NCBI GenBank assembly: GCA_963668315.1
Contig: OY764216.1
Location: 3,936,001 to 4,000,000 of the forward strand
Length of the DNA stretch: 64,000 nt
Source: Spirochaetia bacterium
Lineage (GTDB): Bacteria; Spirochaetota; Spirochaetia; DSM-2461
Direction of reading: 5' to 3'
Shown: piece by piece, positions 39,569-49,621 of the stretch
Position numbering within the stretch: the first letter of the stretch is position 1
Layout: every line of letters starts with the position of its first letter
Made by a program: the position numbers and the translations under genes
Notes under the pieces: generated by a model
What the model saw: the letters and a program-made list of their open reading frames with translations, nothing else
Told to the model about the DNA's origin: nothing
Database searches by the model: none

Positions 39569-40678
39569 CTAATCTTCTTCCGACCTATCCGGGCCGAGCT
39601 CTGCCTTCTCACTCTCCAGCTGCGTTTTCTTTACCAGCAGTTCCTCGGCTTCCCCCTCAAGGGCTTCCCATTTCAGGCGCTCCTTTTCGGCTTTTTCCTT
39701 CTGCTGGTCGGCTTCCTTCCTTTTCTTCTGCAGCTGTTCGTCCAACTCCTCTATGCGTATTCCGGTCACACAGAGAACCTTTTCACGGCTTTTCTCTTCC
39801 CTTTCCTTTTTCAGCTCATCCACAAGTCCCCGGAAGGGTTTGCCCTCTTCCTCTCCGCTGTACAGGGACTGTCCGAGCCTCAGGTAAGCCTTGTCCAGTT
39901 CACCGTCCCTTTCGCCCTTCTCGTCTTCAAGAACTTTGAGGGCTTTGGCAGGCTTGTTGCCTCTGCACAGCTCAGCAATTTTCTGCTCCCGTTCCTTTTC
40001 GCTCATAGAAAGGGATTCAAGCTCTTCCCGTAATTTTCGGGAGGTCTCATTCTTTGACTGGAATTCTTCATAAATATCGGTCAGACCGTTCTGGGCGATA
40101 GCGTTGAAATAACCGTCGTTTATCAGTCGTTCTCCCGCTTTCTTATAATATTTATTCAGATTATCTCCGGCCGATTTCTTGATGGAGGACTGGGAGGATT
40201 TTTTTATGAAGGTCCCCATTTTTCGGAAAAAGCTCTTCTCCCCTTCCTCGCTTCTAATCCGGAATAATTCGTTATCCGCATTCCTGATTTTGTCTTCCCA
40301 GTTAAGCAGAGGCTCGAAGATTCCGTCCAGTCCCTCGGTTTCGGAAAGGGCGCCCTTTTTATAAAGATCAAAGGCTCTTCTTCCCAGGATGAGATAAAAA
40401 TCCGCCCGTGCCTTGATCTCCTCCGATTCACTCTCTCTGATTTTCGTCTGCGCCGATCTGATTTCCTCGATTTCCCGGGCAAGGCTGTCTATGGCGGCAT
40501 AGTCGCGGTCGATTCTCTCAATGTCTTCGAGAAGCTTCCCTATCTCTTCAGGACACTCCTTGCGGGACAGGCCGGCGGTATACTCCTGTGCCCAGGCTAT
40601 GCAGTGAGACTGTATCTGTTCATCCAATTGTTCCAGCTGATCTTCAATACCCTTTAATTTCTGCTTCAGATTGGCCAC
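39569..40678 (-). CDS. Hypothetical coiled-coil protein
   Basis: E/K-rich heptads; AAGGAG SD with GTG start. Confidence 0.7.
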   Translation of the reverse strand: MANLKQKLKGIEDQLEQLDEQIQSHCIAWAQEYTAGLSRKECPEEIGKLLEDIERIDRDYAAIDSLAREIEEIRSAQTKIRESESEEIKARADFYLILGRRAFDLYKKGALSETEGLDGIFEPLLNWEDKIRNADNELFRIRSEEGEKSFFRKMGTFIKKSSQSSIKKSAGDNLNKYYKKAGERLINDGYFNAIAQNGLTDIYEEFQSKNETSRKLREELESLSMSEKEREQKIAELCRGNKPAKALKVLEDEKGERDGELDKAYLRLGQSLYSGEEEGKPFRGLVDELKKEREEKSREKVLCVTGIRIEELDEQLQKKRKEADQQKEKAEKERLKWEALEGEAEELLVKKTQLESEKAELGPDRSEED

Positions 40679-40826
40679 TATTCACTCCTTGGACGAAATC
40701 ATCCTATTTAATATAACCAATTTCTTCCGCATTAACAAGAAAATACGCAATTTCAAAGCTAAGTTCACTATATATTGACAAAGGATTTTTCTCCCTATAA
40801 ATTATAGGAATAATACAGGGAGCAAG

Positions 40827-41759
40827 ATGAGACCGTCCTATTATGCAATCCAGCTTAATGAAAGGGAAGAAAGGACATTTCTCACCTCCCGGTTATCGGA
40901 CAGAAAGGAGAGAGGAATCCTGGTCCTGTCGGATGAGAGCGGTTTGAAAATATACGAGAGTATAACAAATACGCTCAAAGCCAGAGTGCTGTATCTGACA
41001 GGAGGGGCTAATGTTTTAAGGGAATCAAGAAAGATTAGAAAGGGCTATCATCTGATAGGTTCCGACACACCGGGTATTATCGATCAGATCAGACGGAAAC
41101 AGATCGACTTATCCCCTTTTAGAACGATCATAGCCAGACTTCCCGGGAAGAATAAGGAATCTTTTCTCGGAGACGTGTCTTTTATCATATCCCATATGCC
41201 CGGATTTCATCAGCTGTTCATAATCGGTGACATATCAGAATGTTCTGAGGATCATCCTCTGCTCAAATCAGCGGAAACTTCCGTCAAATTTAACACCATG
41301 GAAAAGGAGAGACATGTGGCAAAGATACCCGAAAACATGATCAGCGCCATTGACGAGTTAGTCGGCAAGACAAGGAATGACAAGGAGCCGGAGACCCTTG
41401 CCGAATACAGAAAGTATTTCAAGAAATGCGTTCCCCTGGGCTTTCGCGGCTGGGTGACAGCTTACCTACTGAGGGAGTATCTTTCCCGGGATAAATCATT
41501 TAAACTCCCCCAGCTTACCGAGGGGGCTACCCTCTTCATCGGCATCGGCAAAAACCGGAAAGTCTATCCCAAGGATCTGATTCACCTGTTCATCAATACA
41601 GGGAAAGTCGAGAGAAGCCATATCGGGGAGATTCGCATACTGGATAACTACGCCTTTGTATCCATTGAAAAAGCTTCTGCGGATAAGGCAATTGACAATC
41701 TGAACGGCATCAATTACAGAGGCCGCAGTCTGACTGTCAATTACGCTAAACAGAAATAG
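40827..41759 (+). CDS. DbpA RNA-binding domain protein with degenerate DEAD-box-like N-terminus
   Basis: C-terminal LFIGIGKNRKVYPKDL...IGEIRILDNYAFV...YRGR.L.V. Confidence 0.82.
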   Translation: MRPSYYAIQLNEREERTFLTSRLSDRKERGILVLSDESGLKIYESITNTLKARVLYLTGGANVLRESRKIRKGYHLIGSDTPGIIDQIRRKQIDLSPFRTIIARLPGKNKESFLGDVSFIISHMPGFHQLFIIGDISECSEDHPLLKSAETSVKFNTMEKERHVAKIPENMISAIDELVGKTRNDKEPETLAEYRKYFKKCVPLGFRGWVTAYLLREYLSRDKSFKLPQLTEGATLFIGIGKNRKVYPKDLIHLFINTGKVERSHIGEIRILDNYAFVSIEKASADKAIDNLNGINYRGRSLTVNYAKQK

Positions 41760-41761
41760 TA

Positions 41762-42163
41762 TCAGGCCTGAAAACTGAATGCCAGTCCCGTCGTTACACT
41801 CGATGCATCGGCAGGAGCGAATGACGGGGGCATTTTGCTCAGGGTATCATGAATGAGACTACCGATTTTCTCCAGATCCGTATCGGAAGGAGAAATATTC
41901 TCGCTGCCCGGTTTGATGAGATTTTCACGGTTTTGTGACGCCATGGAATTTAACCGCTGCAGGGATACGATCATATTATTAAGCAGTTCAAGCCTTTTTA
42001 TGGGAACGGAATTCTGTTGGTGAGATGCGGGAAACCCCTGAACATATTTAAAGTGGGCGTAATAAGAGTCACCCCGCGCTACAGGCAAAGTGACTTTGCT
42101 GTTATGCCCGTGAGCTGTTGATGAGATTTGAACGGGATTAACCATTCCCAGAGAAACATTCAT
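41762..42163 (-). CDS. Hypothetical protein, possibly sigma28-controlled
   Basis: ORF with GGAG SD; sigma28-like promoter upstream. Confidence 0.65.
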   Translation of the reverse strand: MNVSLGMVNPVQISSTAHGHNSKVTLPVARGDSYYAHFKYVQGFPASHQQNSVPIKRLELLNNMIVSLQRLNSMASQNRENLIKPGSENISPSDTDLEKIGSLIHDTLSKMPPSFAPADASSVTTGLAFSFQA

Positions 42164-42188
42164 AACTCTCCATCCTTAACTGATTACA

Positions 42189-42215
42189 TTATCGGAAAGG
42201 ACGAAGCCGTCATTA
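42189..42215 (-). promoter_or_regulatory. sigma28 (FliA)-type promoter
   Basis: Minus strand TAAT-N15-TCCGATAA versus consensus TAAA-N15-GCCGATAA. Confidence 0.6.
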
Positions 42216-42240
42216 ATAGTTTCTGATCAACAAATAACTC

Positions 42241-42597
42241 TTATCTCTTGTTTCTTTCTGCCTTCTGCTTGCATTGTATGCATAGGGCGGCATAGGGAAT
42301 GGCATCGAGTCTGTCCTTCGAGATCATTTTCGAGCAGGATGCGCAAATTCCGTAGGTGCCGTTCTTTATCCGGGAAATGGCCGATTCAATCATATCAAGC
42401 TGCAGTTTGTCCCTGTTTCCCAGAACTTCAAGGGTTCGGCAATCGATATCGTTTGAAGCGACATCGGCCAGATCATTAAGACCGAGATCTTCTACGGCAG
42501 CCTTGAAGTCTTCATTTTCAGAGATAAGATTCTTGAGAAGGTCCTCTTTCATTTTCATCAATGTTTCATACATCTTATCAGAATAGTTTTGTTCCAT
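42241..42597 (-). CDS. dksA: DksA/TraR family C4 zinc-finger protein
   Basis: DLADVA acidic tip, GTYGICASC...RL.AIPYA.LCIQC. Confidence 0.85.
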   Translation of the reverse strand: MEQNYSDKMYETLMKMKEDLLKNLISENEDFKAAVEDLGLNDLADVASNDIDCRTLEVLGNRDKLQLDMIESAISRIKNGTYGICASCSKMISKDRLDAIPYAALCIQCKQKAERNKR

Positions 42598-42744
42598 CTC
42601 AGTCAGGCTCCTAATCTTCAAAATTATGCACCAATTATGCCTATTTGAATAAAAATGTCAAGATGTCCACTCAATCCATGTTGACAAAGCGGTATATCTA
42701 ACATAGAATTCCGTGGAAAATATAAAAAAAACAAGGAGTCTTTT

Positions 42745-42963
42745 TTGGCTAAAGAAGAAGCAATTGAGGTAGAGGGAGTTGTCAAGGAAAGCCTTCCCAA
42801 TACCATGTTCAGAGTGGAACTGAAAAACGGCCACGTCATTCTTGCCCATCTGTCCGGCAAAATGAGAAAACATTATATAAGAATCGTACCCGGCGATAAA
42901 GTAAAGGTCGCCCTTTCCCCCTATGACCTGACCAGAGGCAGAATCATTTTCAGAGAAAGATAA
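42745..42963 (+). CDS. infA: Translation initiation factor IF-1
   Basis: [11 protein letters not shown]...LPN.MF.VEL.NGH...SGKMR...[13 protein letters not shown] start with AAGGAG SD. Confidence 0.98.
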   Translation: MAKEEAIEVEGVVKESLPNTMFRVELKNGHVILAHLSGKMRKHYIRIVPGDKVKVALSPYDLTRGRIIFRER

Positions 42964-42990
42964 ACTTCCGGAGACGAAGGGACCAGGAAT

Positions 42991-43371
42991 CTATAGGATA
43001 AACCACGTGGCCCCTTCTCCCCCTTCATTGCGAGGAGCCTTACCCCAGTTTTTAACCTGGGGATGGGAGTCCAGCAGCTTCCTGACCATGGGCCTAAGAA
43101 CCGCCCCGTCTTGGGAATGCAGCCCTTTTCCATGGATAATTATCCCCTTTTTTACTCCCCTCTTCCTGCAGTTTCTCAGAAAGGACAGCACTTCTCTTTT
43201 GGCTTCCTCTCCTTTCATACCATGAACGTCCAGAGTCACCTGGGGGGCCATCTTTTCGAGAGTCTTCCGTCCGGGGCTGTCGGATGTTTTTCTCTTCTCC
43301 CCTTTTTCCTTCTCTTTAAACGCCTGCTTACCCGGGGGGTACATATTCAGAAGATCTTCCATTCCCGCCAT
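42991..43371 (-). CDS. Smr/MutS2 domain endonuclease
   Basis: LDVHG, IIHGKG.HS, GGEGAT. Confidence 0.9.
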   Translation of the reverse strand: MAGMEDLLNMYPPGKQAFKEKEKGEKRKTSDSPGRKTLEKMAPQVTLDVHGMKGEEAKREVLSFLRNCRKRGVKKGIIIHGKGLHSQDGAVLRPMVRKLLDSHPQVKNWGKAPRNEGGEGATWFIL

Positions 43372-43372
43372 A

Positions 43373-45346
43373 TCAGAAAGCCTCATCCGTAACGGGAACG
43401 ACTTTACCCCGCGGCAGCCAGCCTTCCAGACCATAGCCGGTCTTGATAAAATAGTAATCTTTCTTCTCCGTTATCAGCCGGAAAGATGTCCCCGGAGGGA
43501 GGAGAAGCCACTCATCGGCCGTTTCTTCGGGAATTCGGCTCAGGGCTGCGCCTTCGGATTTCACGACTCCCTGGGGAAGCCGGTTCATCCTGTTCATGGC
43601 CAGCAGTGCGCCTCCGGTACCCAGAATGATAAAGAACAGCGTGGCCACCGCAAGAAAACGGCTGAGTTTGCTCTTTTTCAGGTACCACGCAAGCATGACA
43701 AGAAAAAGATTGATCAAAAGGATCAAGATACCGGAAAGATCCGCCGAGCCGATACCCCAGTTGACCGAATACTGATCCTGCAGCCCCGCCAGGCTTTCCA
43801 TGGCATAGAGCCCTTTCAGAATTTTCTGTTCACCGGGAAGCGCAAGAAGGGCGGTACGGAAAAGCTTCTCGCTACCGGTCAGATTTCCCTGGTAAAATTC
43901 CAAAACGGCCCGATTATATAAATAGGCCGCATAACCTTCCTTCTCATAAAGAGCCTCATAAAGAGCCAGGCTCTGACGCAGGTCCCCATCCCTGAACAGC
44001 TCCTGAGCCTTCTCGACGGATTCCCGTCTTTCCGGACCGTTTCCGAAAGATAAAAGCAGGGGCAGAACGATCAGCAGGGGAAGCCAGTCGCTCTTTCTCT
44101 CATTGAGGGAAAAGAGGACGAAGAGAAAATAGATAAGTCCCGGCAGAATGAACAGCCATTTAAAGGGACTGTCAAATTTTTCCTTGCAGATGAGCCGGGT
44201 AATATCAAAGGAGGAGAGAAGAGGGAGCCGCTGACTCTCTTCACCGCTCTGAACCGTGATATCCACATCATAGGTATTACCGGAGAAAGTTTCGATTTTT
44301 CCTGTCACAGGGTTCATCCACGAAAAGGGAGTGCAGACGATTTTTCCCCTATTCTCCCCGCCCGCCTGATACCGGTAGGATATCTGCCGGTACCCGGAGT
44401 ATCCCGATTCCGTGGGGATCAGCTCCTCGCTCTCATCGGAGTTAATCAATTCAAAACCGTCGGCCACGATCTCGGGGAAGCTCATGTAGTGAAAATTACC
44501 CGTTCCCTCAATCCTTACGCTAAGGGTAAGGATTTCGCCCTGAGCCGCCTGATTGCCGGAGAACTGGGTTACCACGGAAAAATCCCCCACCGCCCCGCTT
44601 TTCATAATTTCCTCGGGAGGAGGGAGAATATCAAGCTCCAGAGAGGGAATATCCCGGTTGAGCCCGAGTATGGAGACACTGCCCCCGGGAATGGTGAGAT
44701 GGCCCGATTCACCGGAAGAAAAATACCAGCTTTCCAGGGGATAGGAATAAATGGTCTTATCCCGGATTTCAAAGGTCTCGATATCTCCGGATAAATCGAC
44801 CTGGTCTAGATCTCCCACCGCCGGTTTGGCCATATGGATCTCTTCGGGGAAATCCAGACTTTCCGTATAGCGCACGTTGAGGATGAGGGAGATGATTTCA
44901 CCCGGATAGGCCTGATCTTTCACGGGAGACCAGTAAACCTGGAGGGGAAAGTCCAGATTGCTCTCATCACGGTTGTGAACGATCACGGGAAAATCGGGAA
45001 GGACCATCTCGAATTTTTCCCTGAAAAATCTCAGACCCGAACACTGATAAATGTCTCCGGCGGAAGCGCGGAACGTCAGGACCGCCTCGGTCATCTCCTC
45101 GTATATGATTTCCCCGCTGTTTTCAACGAGTGCGTTATACGGCCTCAGATAGGGTTCACCGGCGACGGACATCGCCCCGTACTCTTCCAGGGGAAGTTCC
45201 ACTTCCAGATCCCGGGAGTAGGGAACCATGGTTTTGACATATACTTTGAAATTGCGGTTGATGTAGGCCTTATCCTGGGTTATCGTTTCTTCGGCGAAAA
45301 GGGACAGGCAAAACAGCAACAGCAGCGGAAGGAAAAGTCTTTTCAT
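43373..45346 (-). CDS. BatD/BatE-like protein (BatD region, TPR, SH3-like C-terminus)
   Basis: GAVGDF, IEGTGN, FSW.NP, YNRA TPR, C-terminal GLEGW. Confidence 0.75.
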   Translation of the reverse strand: MKRLFLPLLLLFCLSLFAEETITQDKAYINRNFKVYVKTMVPYSRDLEVELPLEEYGAMSVAGEPYLRPYNALVENSGEIIYEEMTEAVLTFRASAGDIYQCSGLRFFREKFEMVLPDFPVIVHNRDESNLDFPLQVYWSPVKDQAYPGEIISLILNVRYTESLDFPEEIHMAKPAVGDLDQVDLSGDIETFEIRDKTIYSYPLESWYFSSGESGHLTIPGGSVSILGLNRDIPSLELDILPPPEEIMKSGAVGDFSVVTQFSGNQAAQGEILTLSVRIEGTGNFHYMSFPEIVADGFELINSDESEELIPTESGYSGYRQISYRYQAGGENRGKIVCTPFSWMNPVTGKIETFSGNTYDVDITVQSGEESQRLPLLSSFDITRLICKEKFDSPFKWLFILPGLIYFLFVLFSLNERKSDWLPLLIVLPLLLSFGNGPERRESVEKAQELFRDGDLRQSLALYEALYEKEGYAAYLYNRAVLEFYQGNLTGSEKLFRTALLALPGEQKILKGLYAMESLAGLQDQYSVNWGIGSADLSGILILLINLFLVMLAWYLKKSKLSRFLAVATLFFIILGTGGALLAMNRMNRLPQGVVKSEGAALSRIPEETADEWLLLPPGTSFRLITEKKDYYFIKTGYGLEGWLPRGKVVPVTDEAF

Positions 45347-45924
45347 TACCAGTCGTTCTCCCTCGGATTTTTCTCCTTTTCCGCCGATTCCCAGACGGGA
45401 TTCTCCTGGCGTCTCAGATAGTTCAGAAGTCTTTCGGTATCATCGAAAAGGTTCTCATTTTTCTCCTGTTCCGCTTCGTCGCCGCGCAGATCCAGACCGG
45501 AATTGACCCGGTTCAGGGATAATTCGAGATTGATTTTGCTATCCCTGTCGGAGGGCTCCAGATTTACCGCCTCTTTGAAAGCCAGAGCCGCTTCCTGGTA
45601 CATTCCTTTTTCATAATAATAGACCCCCTTGTTGAAGGTCAGCATAAAAAGGAATTCCCTGTCCGCGGGAGGCTCCTGATCCCACTTTATCAGAGCCGAA
45701 TCCCGCTCTCCCAGGCTGTAATAGACATTTCCGATGTTATAGCTGATCAGGGGCAAGTTATCGCCCCATTCCATAGCGTCGAGAAAAGCAACATTCGCTC
45801 TTTTGAAATTTCCCTGATCCATCTGATAATTTCCCCAGAACACCAGCAGTCCCGGATTGACATATCCGCAGGAAAAAAGGAGAAAACTTGCTATCGTTAC
45901 AAGTACGCCGTTCTTTAATTCCAT
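45346..45924 (-). CDS. TPR protein (BatC-like)
   Basis: YNIGNVYY, FNKG, KINLEL, terminal NDW. Confidence 0.8.
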   Translation of the reverse strand: MELKNGVLVTIASFLLFSCGYVNPGLLVFWGNYQMDQGNFKRANVAFLDAMEWGDNLPLISYNIGNVYYSLGERDSALIKWDQEPPADREFLFMLTFNKGVYYYEKGMYQEAALAFKEAVNLEPSDRDSKINLELSLNRVNSGLDLRGDEAEQEKNENLFDDTERLLNYLRRQENPVWESAEKEKNPRENDW

Positions 45925-46892
45925 CGCAGTTTCCCCATGATAAGATAGAAGGCCATGAATACCAGAGCGGCAAGGGCAAAAATCCTGTACCGGTTTGTGG
46001 AAGTAAACCCCACGCCCCGGGCTTCGGTCTGCCCGTAGGTATCGGAAAGGAGCGTTTCAATCTCGCCCATATTGTGAACATCGGTCAGATCCAGATAGCG
46101 TCCTCCGGTCAAGTCGGCCATCTGCTTCAGTAGCTCACTGTTCTGCCTTGTCACGACGGGCTCCCCTTCCCTGTCGGTGAGGAGTTCACCGTTTTCCAGT
46201 CGGATAAAATCGCCCTCACCCGAGCCCAGCCCGAATGTAAAGAGCTGAATGTTGCGGTCATAAAGTTCCCTGGCCGCATTCAGCCCGTTTCCTTCAAGCC
46301 CCTCCCCGTCGGTGAAAAGCAGGACGGCACGGTTCCTCTCCTGGTTTTCCGGCAGGGTGGACGCTCCCTTTTGAAGAGCTTTTTCAAGATTGGATCCCGG
46401 AGCGCTGATGAAGGCGGGACTGACTTTCTCCAGAAAGTTTTCCAGGGTAATGGTATCTTCCGTAAGCGGGATAAAAAGCACCGGCTCCCCCTTGAAAAGC
46501 GTAAAGGAGTAACGGGCTTTCGGGAGATTCTCCATAAGAAGAAACATGGCGTCCCTGCACCGGTCAAGCCGTGAGCTTCCCACATCGCGGGCCAGCATAC
46601 TGTTGGAAACATCAACCACAAGCGCCACATCCAGGTTTCTCTTCTCATTGCTTTCAGGCTCGAGTCCCCAGTGAAAATCCACCAGAGCCAGCACCGAGAA
46701 AAGGCAGATGCCGTTTATCAGAAGAAAGCGGAGAAAACTCCTCACCCGGTAGCGGTTATCCACGACACTCCGAGATCCATAACCCAGCCTTTTCAGGTAG
46801 GTACGGCTGCGGTGGTTCGAAACGAAGCTGAGAATCCATAGGGGGACAATCATTATTAGTATCCAGAAATAACGGGGATCAATGATTCTCAT
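45915..46892 (-). CDS. batB: vWA domain protein BatB
   Basis: DVSNSMLARDV..SRL, PLTED, TDGE. Confidence 0.85.
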   Translation of the reverse strand: MRIIDPRYFWILIMIVPLWILSFVSNHRSRTYLKRLGYGSRSVVDNRYRVRSFLRFLLINGICLFSVLALVDFHWGLEPESNEKRNLDVALVVDVSNSMLARDVGSSRLDRCRDAMFLLMENLPKARYSFTLFKGEPVLFIPLTEDTITLENFLEKVSPAFISAPGSNLEKALQKGASTLPENQERNRAVLLFTDGEGLEGNGLNAARELYDRNIQLFTFGLGSGEGDFIRLENGELLTDREGEPVVTRQNSELLKQMADLTGGRYLDLTDVHNMGEIETLLSDTYGQTEARGVGFTSTNRYRIFALAALVFMAFYLIMGKLRWN

Positions 46893-47890
46893 ACCACTTC
46901 CCCCAATACAATCCGCCGGATAAACCAGTAGAGAAAAAAGAAGATAAGCCCCAGAAGAATCAGCTTCTGATAGAAATAACTTTTTTCCACGGAAATCTTC
47001 GTCTTCATCTCATAGGATTCCATCGTATTTATGGTTTGAAAAATAGTTTCGAGGGATCCGGAGCTGCGGGCATAGAAGTATCCGCCGCCGCTGATGTCGG
47101 CCATCTCTTCCAGCAGGGTGCCGTCAAAATGGCTCTTGATGGTACCGGAGAGGATTTTCCCCGTTTCCCTGTCGTGAAACTCGATGGGCACCTCGCCCGT
47201 GGTTCCGAGACCCACGGCATAAATCCTTATATTGGATTGAACCGCCATGGACGCGGCGGTTCGGGGCTGAATCTCGCCCAGATTGTTCTCTCCGTCGGTA
47301 ATGAGAAGAATGGCTTTTTCCGATGCCGTACTCGATGAGAGATGGAGTACGGCCAGGGCGACTCCCATCCCGATGGCAGTACCGTCGCCCCGATCGATAA
47401 GGGAGACGTCGTCCAGGGTGTCGCTCAGAAGGGAATGATCCACCGTGGGCGGCATTTTCAGAAAGGCCTCTTCCGAGAAAGTCACAAGTCCGATGGAATC
47501 GTTCTCCCTCTCCTTGATGAAATCCTTTACCATCTCCCGGGCCGTGGTCAGCCTGTCCTCGGCACCGAAATCACGGGCCGCCATACTGGGCGACTGATCG
47601 AGAACGATCATGATATCCATTCCCCTCTCAATATACACTTTCCGGTTGACCGCGGTGGCGGGTCCGGAGAGAGCCAGTATAAAAAGGCTGACGGCCAGCC
47701 AGGCCATGAATTCGGTCAGGATATAGATCACTTTGAGAGAAAGGGGGAGACGGATCGTGTTTTTCCCCTGCCAGACACGATAGGAGTAGGGAATTCCCCC
47801 TCCCCTGTTCGGCCTCAGATAGAGGAAATAAAGAAGCAGGGGAAAAAAAGCGAAGAGGATCAGATAGGCCGGTTCTTCAAAGGTCAGCAA
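46889..47890 (-). CDS. batA: vWA domain protein BatA
   Basis: DQSPSMAARDF, PPTVDH, GTAIGMG, TDGENN.G; TTG start following GGGAGG. Confidence 0.87.
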   Translation of the reverse strand: MLTFEEPAYLILFAFFPLLLYFLYLRPNRGGGIPYSYRVWQGKNTIRLPLSLKVIYILTEFMAWLAVSLFILALSGPATAVNRKVYIERGMDIMIVLDQSPSMAARDFGAEDRLTTAREMVKDFIKERENDSIGLVTFSEEAFLKMPPTVDHSLLSDTLDDVSLIDRGDGTAIGMGVALAVLHLSSSTASEKAILLITDGENNLGEIQPRTAASMAVQSNIRIYAVGLGTTGEVPIEFHDRETGKILSGTIKSHFDGTLLEEMADISGGGYFYARSSGSLETIFQTINTMESYEMKTKISVEKSYFYQKLILLGLIFFFLYWFIRRIVLGEVV

Positions 47891-48752
47891 TTTTTTCCTC
47901 CCTTTCCAGACTTTCAAGAAATTTTTTCATGATTTCCAGACTGCGCACCCTCTCTTTGCGGCTGATATGTTCTCCGGCGAATTTCACAAGATCCGCCGTC
48001 CTCAACAGCTCCGAAATATCTTTCCAGACAGCCGCATCCACCGGAGGATGGGGCAGATTTTTCAGATCCCGCGTTGTCATGGAGTGACAGTCCAGACCGG
48101 TTCTCTCCGATAGATAGGAACGGACTCCCTCAGAAATATCGATATAGAAGTTTCTCTCCTTGCCGTTCTCATCCACTCGGCTTTCCAGCCTCTTGATGAG
48201 GCGGCTCATCCGGCGGCGGGGCCCCGAATGACTCAGCCAGCGGAAAAGGATGCGGATTCTCTCCGCCAGGAATCGTCCCGCGAGGAAACAGACATAGGGA
48301 GAACAGATGAGAATAATGAGAAAAAGGGGTATTAACAGTTTAATGCCGGAAAAATTCAGGTTGGGCCGTATTCCCCGCAGCTCCCGCACTTTCTCCTGTT
48401 CCACCAGAGAGTTTGTAAAGATTTTCATTGACTCTATGGTGATATCCCCCAGATTGATCGGGGGAAGAGAACGGGTACCGGTCATATAAGATTTGAACCG
48501 TATGGAAACCTGCGCTTCATATCCCTCCTGCTCCACATCTATCGATTCTATCTCCAGCCAGTCGGCCCGGGGGAGTATCTCGGGAACGGAGAGTTCCTTC
48601 TCATCATCCCAGACGAGGCGGAACTGGAGGAGGACGGAATCGCCCACGTAATAGGTAGGCGGAACAAAGACTTCATCCACCACATCCCACTGGGCGTGGA
48701 GAGAAAAGGAGGCGAGAAGAGTGAGAAGGAGGACCGGAAGGATTCGCATCAT
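47877..48752 (-). CDS. Bat-operon membrane protein
   Basis: Signal peptide, TM, YLS.R......MTT, ADLVKFA. Confidence 0.72.
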   Translation of the reverse strand: MMRILPVLLLTLLASFSLHAQWDVVDEVFVPPTYYVGDSVLLQFRLVWDDEKELSVPEILPRADWLEIESIDVEQEGYEAQVSIRFKSYMTGTRSLPPINLGDITIESMKIFTNSLVEQEKVRELRGIRPNLNFSGIKLLIPLFLIILICSPYVCFLAGRFLAERIRILFRWLSHSGPRRRMSRLIKRLESRVDENGKERNFYIDISEGVRSYLSERTGLDCHSMTTRDLKNLPHPPVDAAVWKDISELLRTADLVKFAGEHISRKERVRSLEIMKKFLESLEREEKIADL

Positions 48753-49621
48753 CCTTTCTTTCTCCTTTTGAAGAACTGTATGATTCTTTCCAGAGGATCA
48801 TCGCCGCTTTCGATTTCCACGTAATCTATGCCGTTGGCCCGGCAGTGCTCCACCAGTTTATAATAATGGAGATCCCAGAACTCGTGATACTCCTCCCGGA
48901 GCTGCCGGCTTCCACCGTAGAAGAGCTGTCCCCGGCCCGTCTCCCTGTCACGGAGTTCCACCAGCCCGACCCGGGGCAGCTCCCTCTCGCGCTTGTCATA
49001 GAGGGATACGGCGATAACATCGTGTTTTCTGGCGAGCAGGCTCAGCTCCTTCCAGTATCCATCCGTTTTGAAATCGGAGATAATAAAACAGATGCCCCGC
49101 CTTTTCATAAGCTCCATGGCGGTCCGTGTGGCCAGAGCCAGATCGGAGCCGGTCCCTTCGGGCGTGAAACTCAGCACCTGCGAGACCTGCTTGAGGATGT
49201 TCTTATTGCCCTTCATGGGCGCATGGTACTGTTCGATTCGGTCAGAGAAGACCAGGGTTCCCACCCTGTCGTTGTTGGCATTGGCCGCATGGGCGATCAG
49301 GGAGAAAATATAACCGGCCATTTCCCGCTTGCTCCCCCCCGAATCAAGACAGAGAGAGGCGGAGGAATCGAGAAGAATCATGAGATTCATCTCCCGTTCC
49401 TCTTTGAACGTCTTGGTATAGGGCTCCCCCATGCGGGAAGAGACATTCCAGTCGATAAAGCGGGTGTCGTCGCCGGAGATATACCCCCGCACCTCGTCAA
49501 ATTCCAGACCGGGACCGCGAAAAAGAGACTTATAGTTTCCCGTGAACAGGGTGTCCACCAGTCTTTTGGAAACAAGCTGTATCCTCTTGACCTGGCGGCT
49601 TATTTCTCCTTGATCCGTCAT
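48749..49621 (-). CDS. DUF58 domain protein
   Basis: GLEFDEVRGY..GDD.R.IDWNVS, EERE, ISDF. Confidence 0.9.
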   Translation of the reverse strand: MTDQGEISRQVKRIQLVSKRLVDTLFTGNYKSLFRGPGLEFDEVRGYISGDDTRFIDWNVSSRMGEPYTKTFKEEREMNLMILLDSSASLCLDSGGSKREMAGYIFSLIAHAANANNDRVGTLVFSDRIEQYHAPMKGNKNILKQVSQVLSFTPEGTGSDLALATRTAMELMKRRGICFIISDFKTDGYWKELSLLARKHDVIAVSLYDKRERELPRVGLVELRDRETGRGQLFYGGSRQLREEYHEFWDLHYYKLVEHCRANGIDYVEIESGDDPLERIIQFFKRRKKG

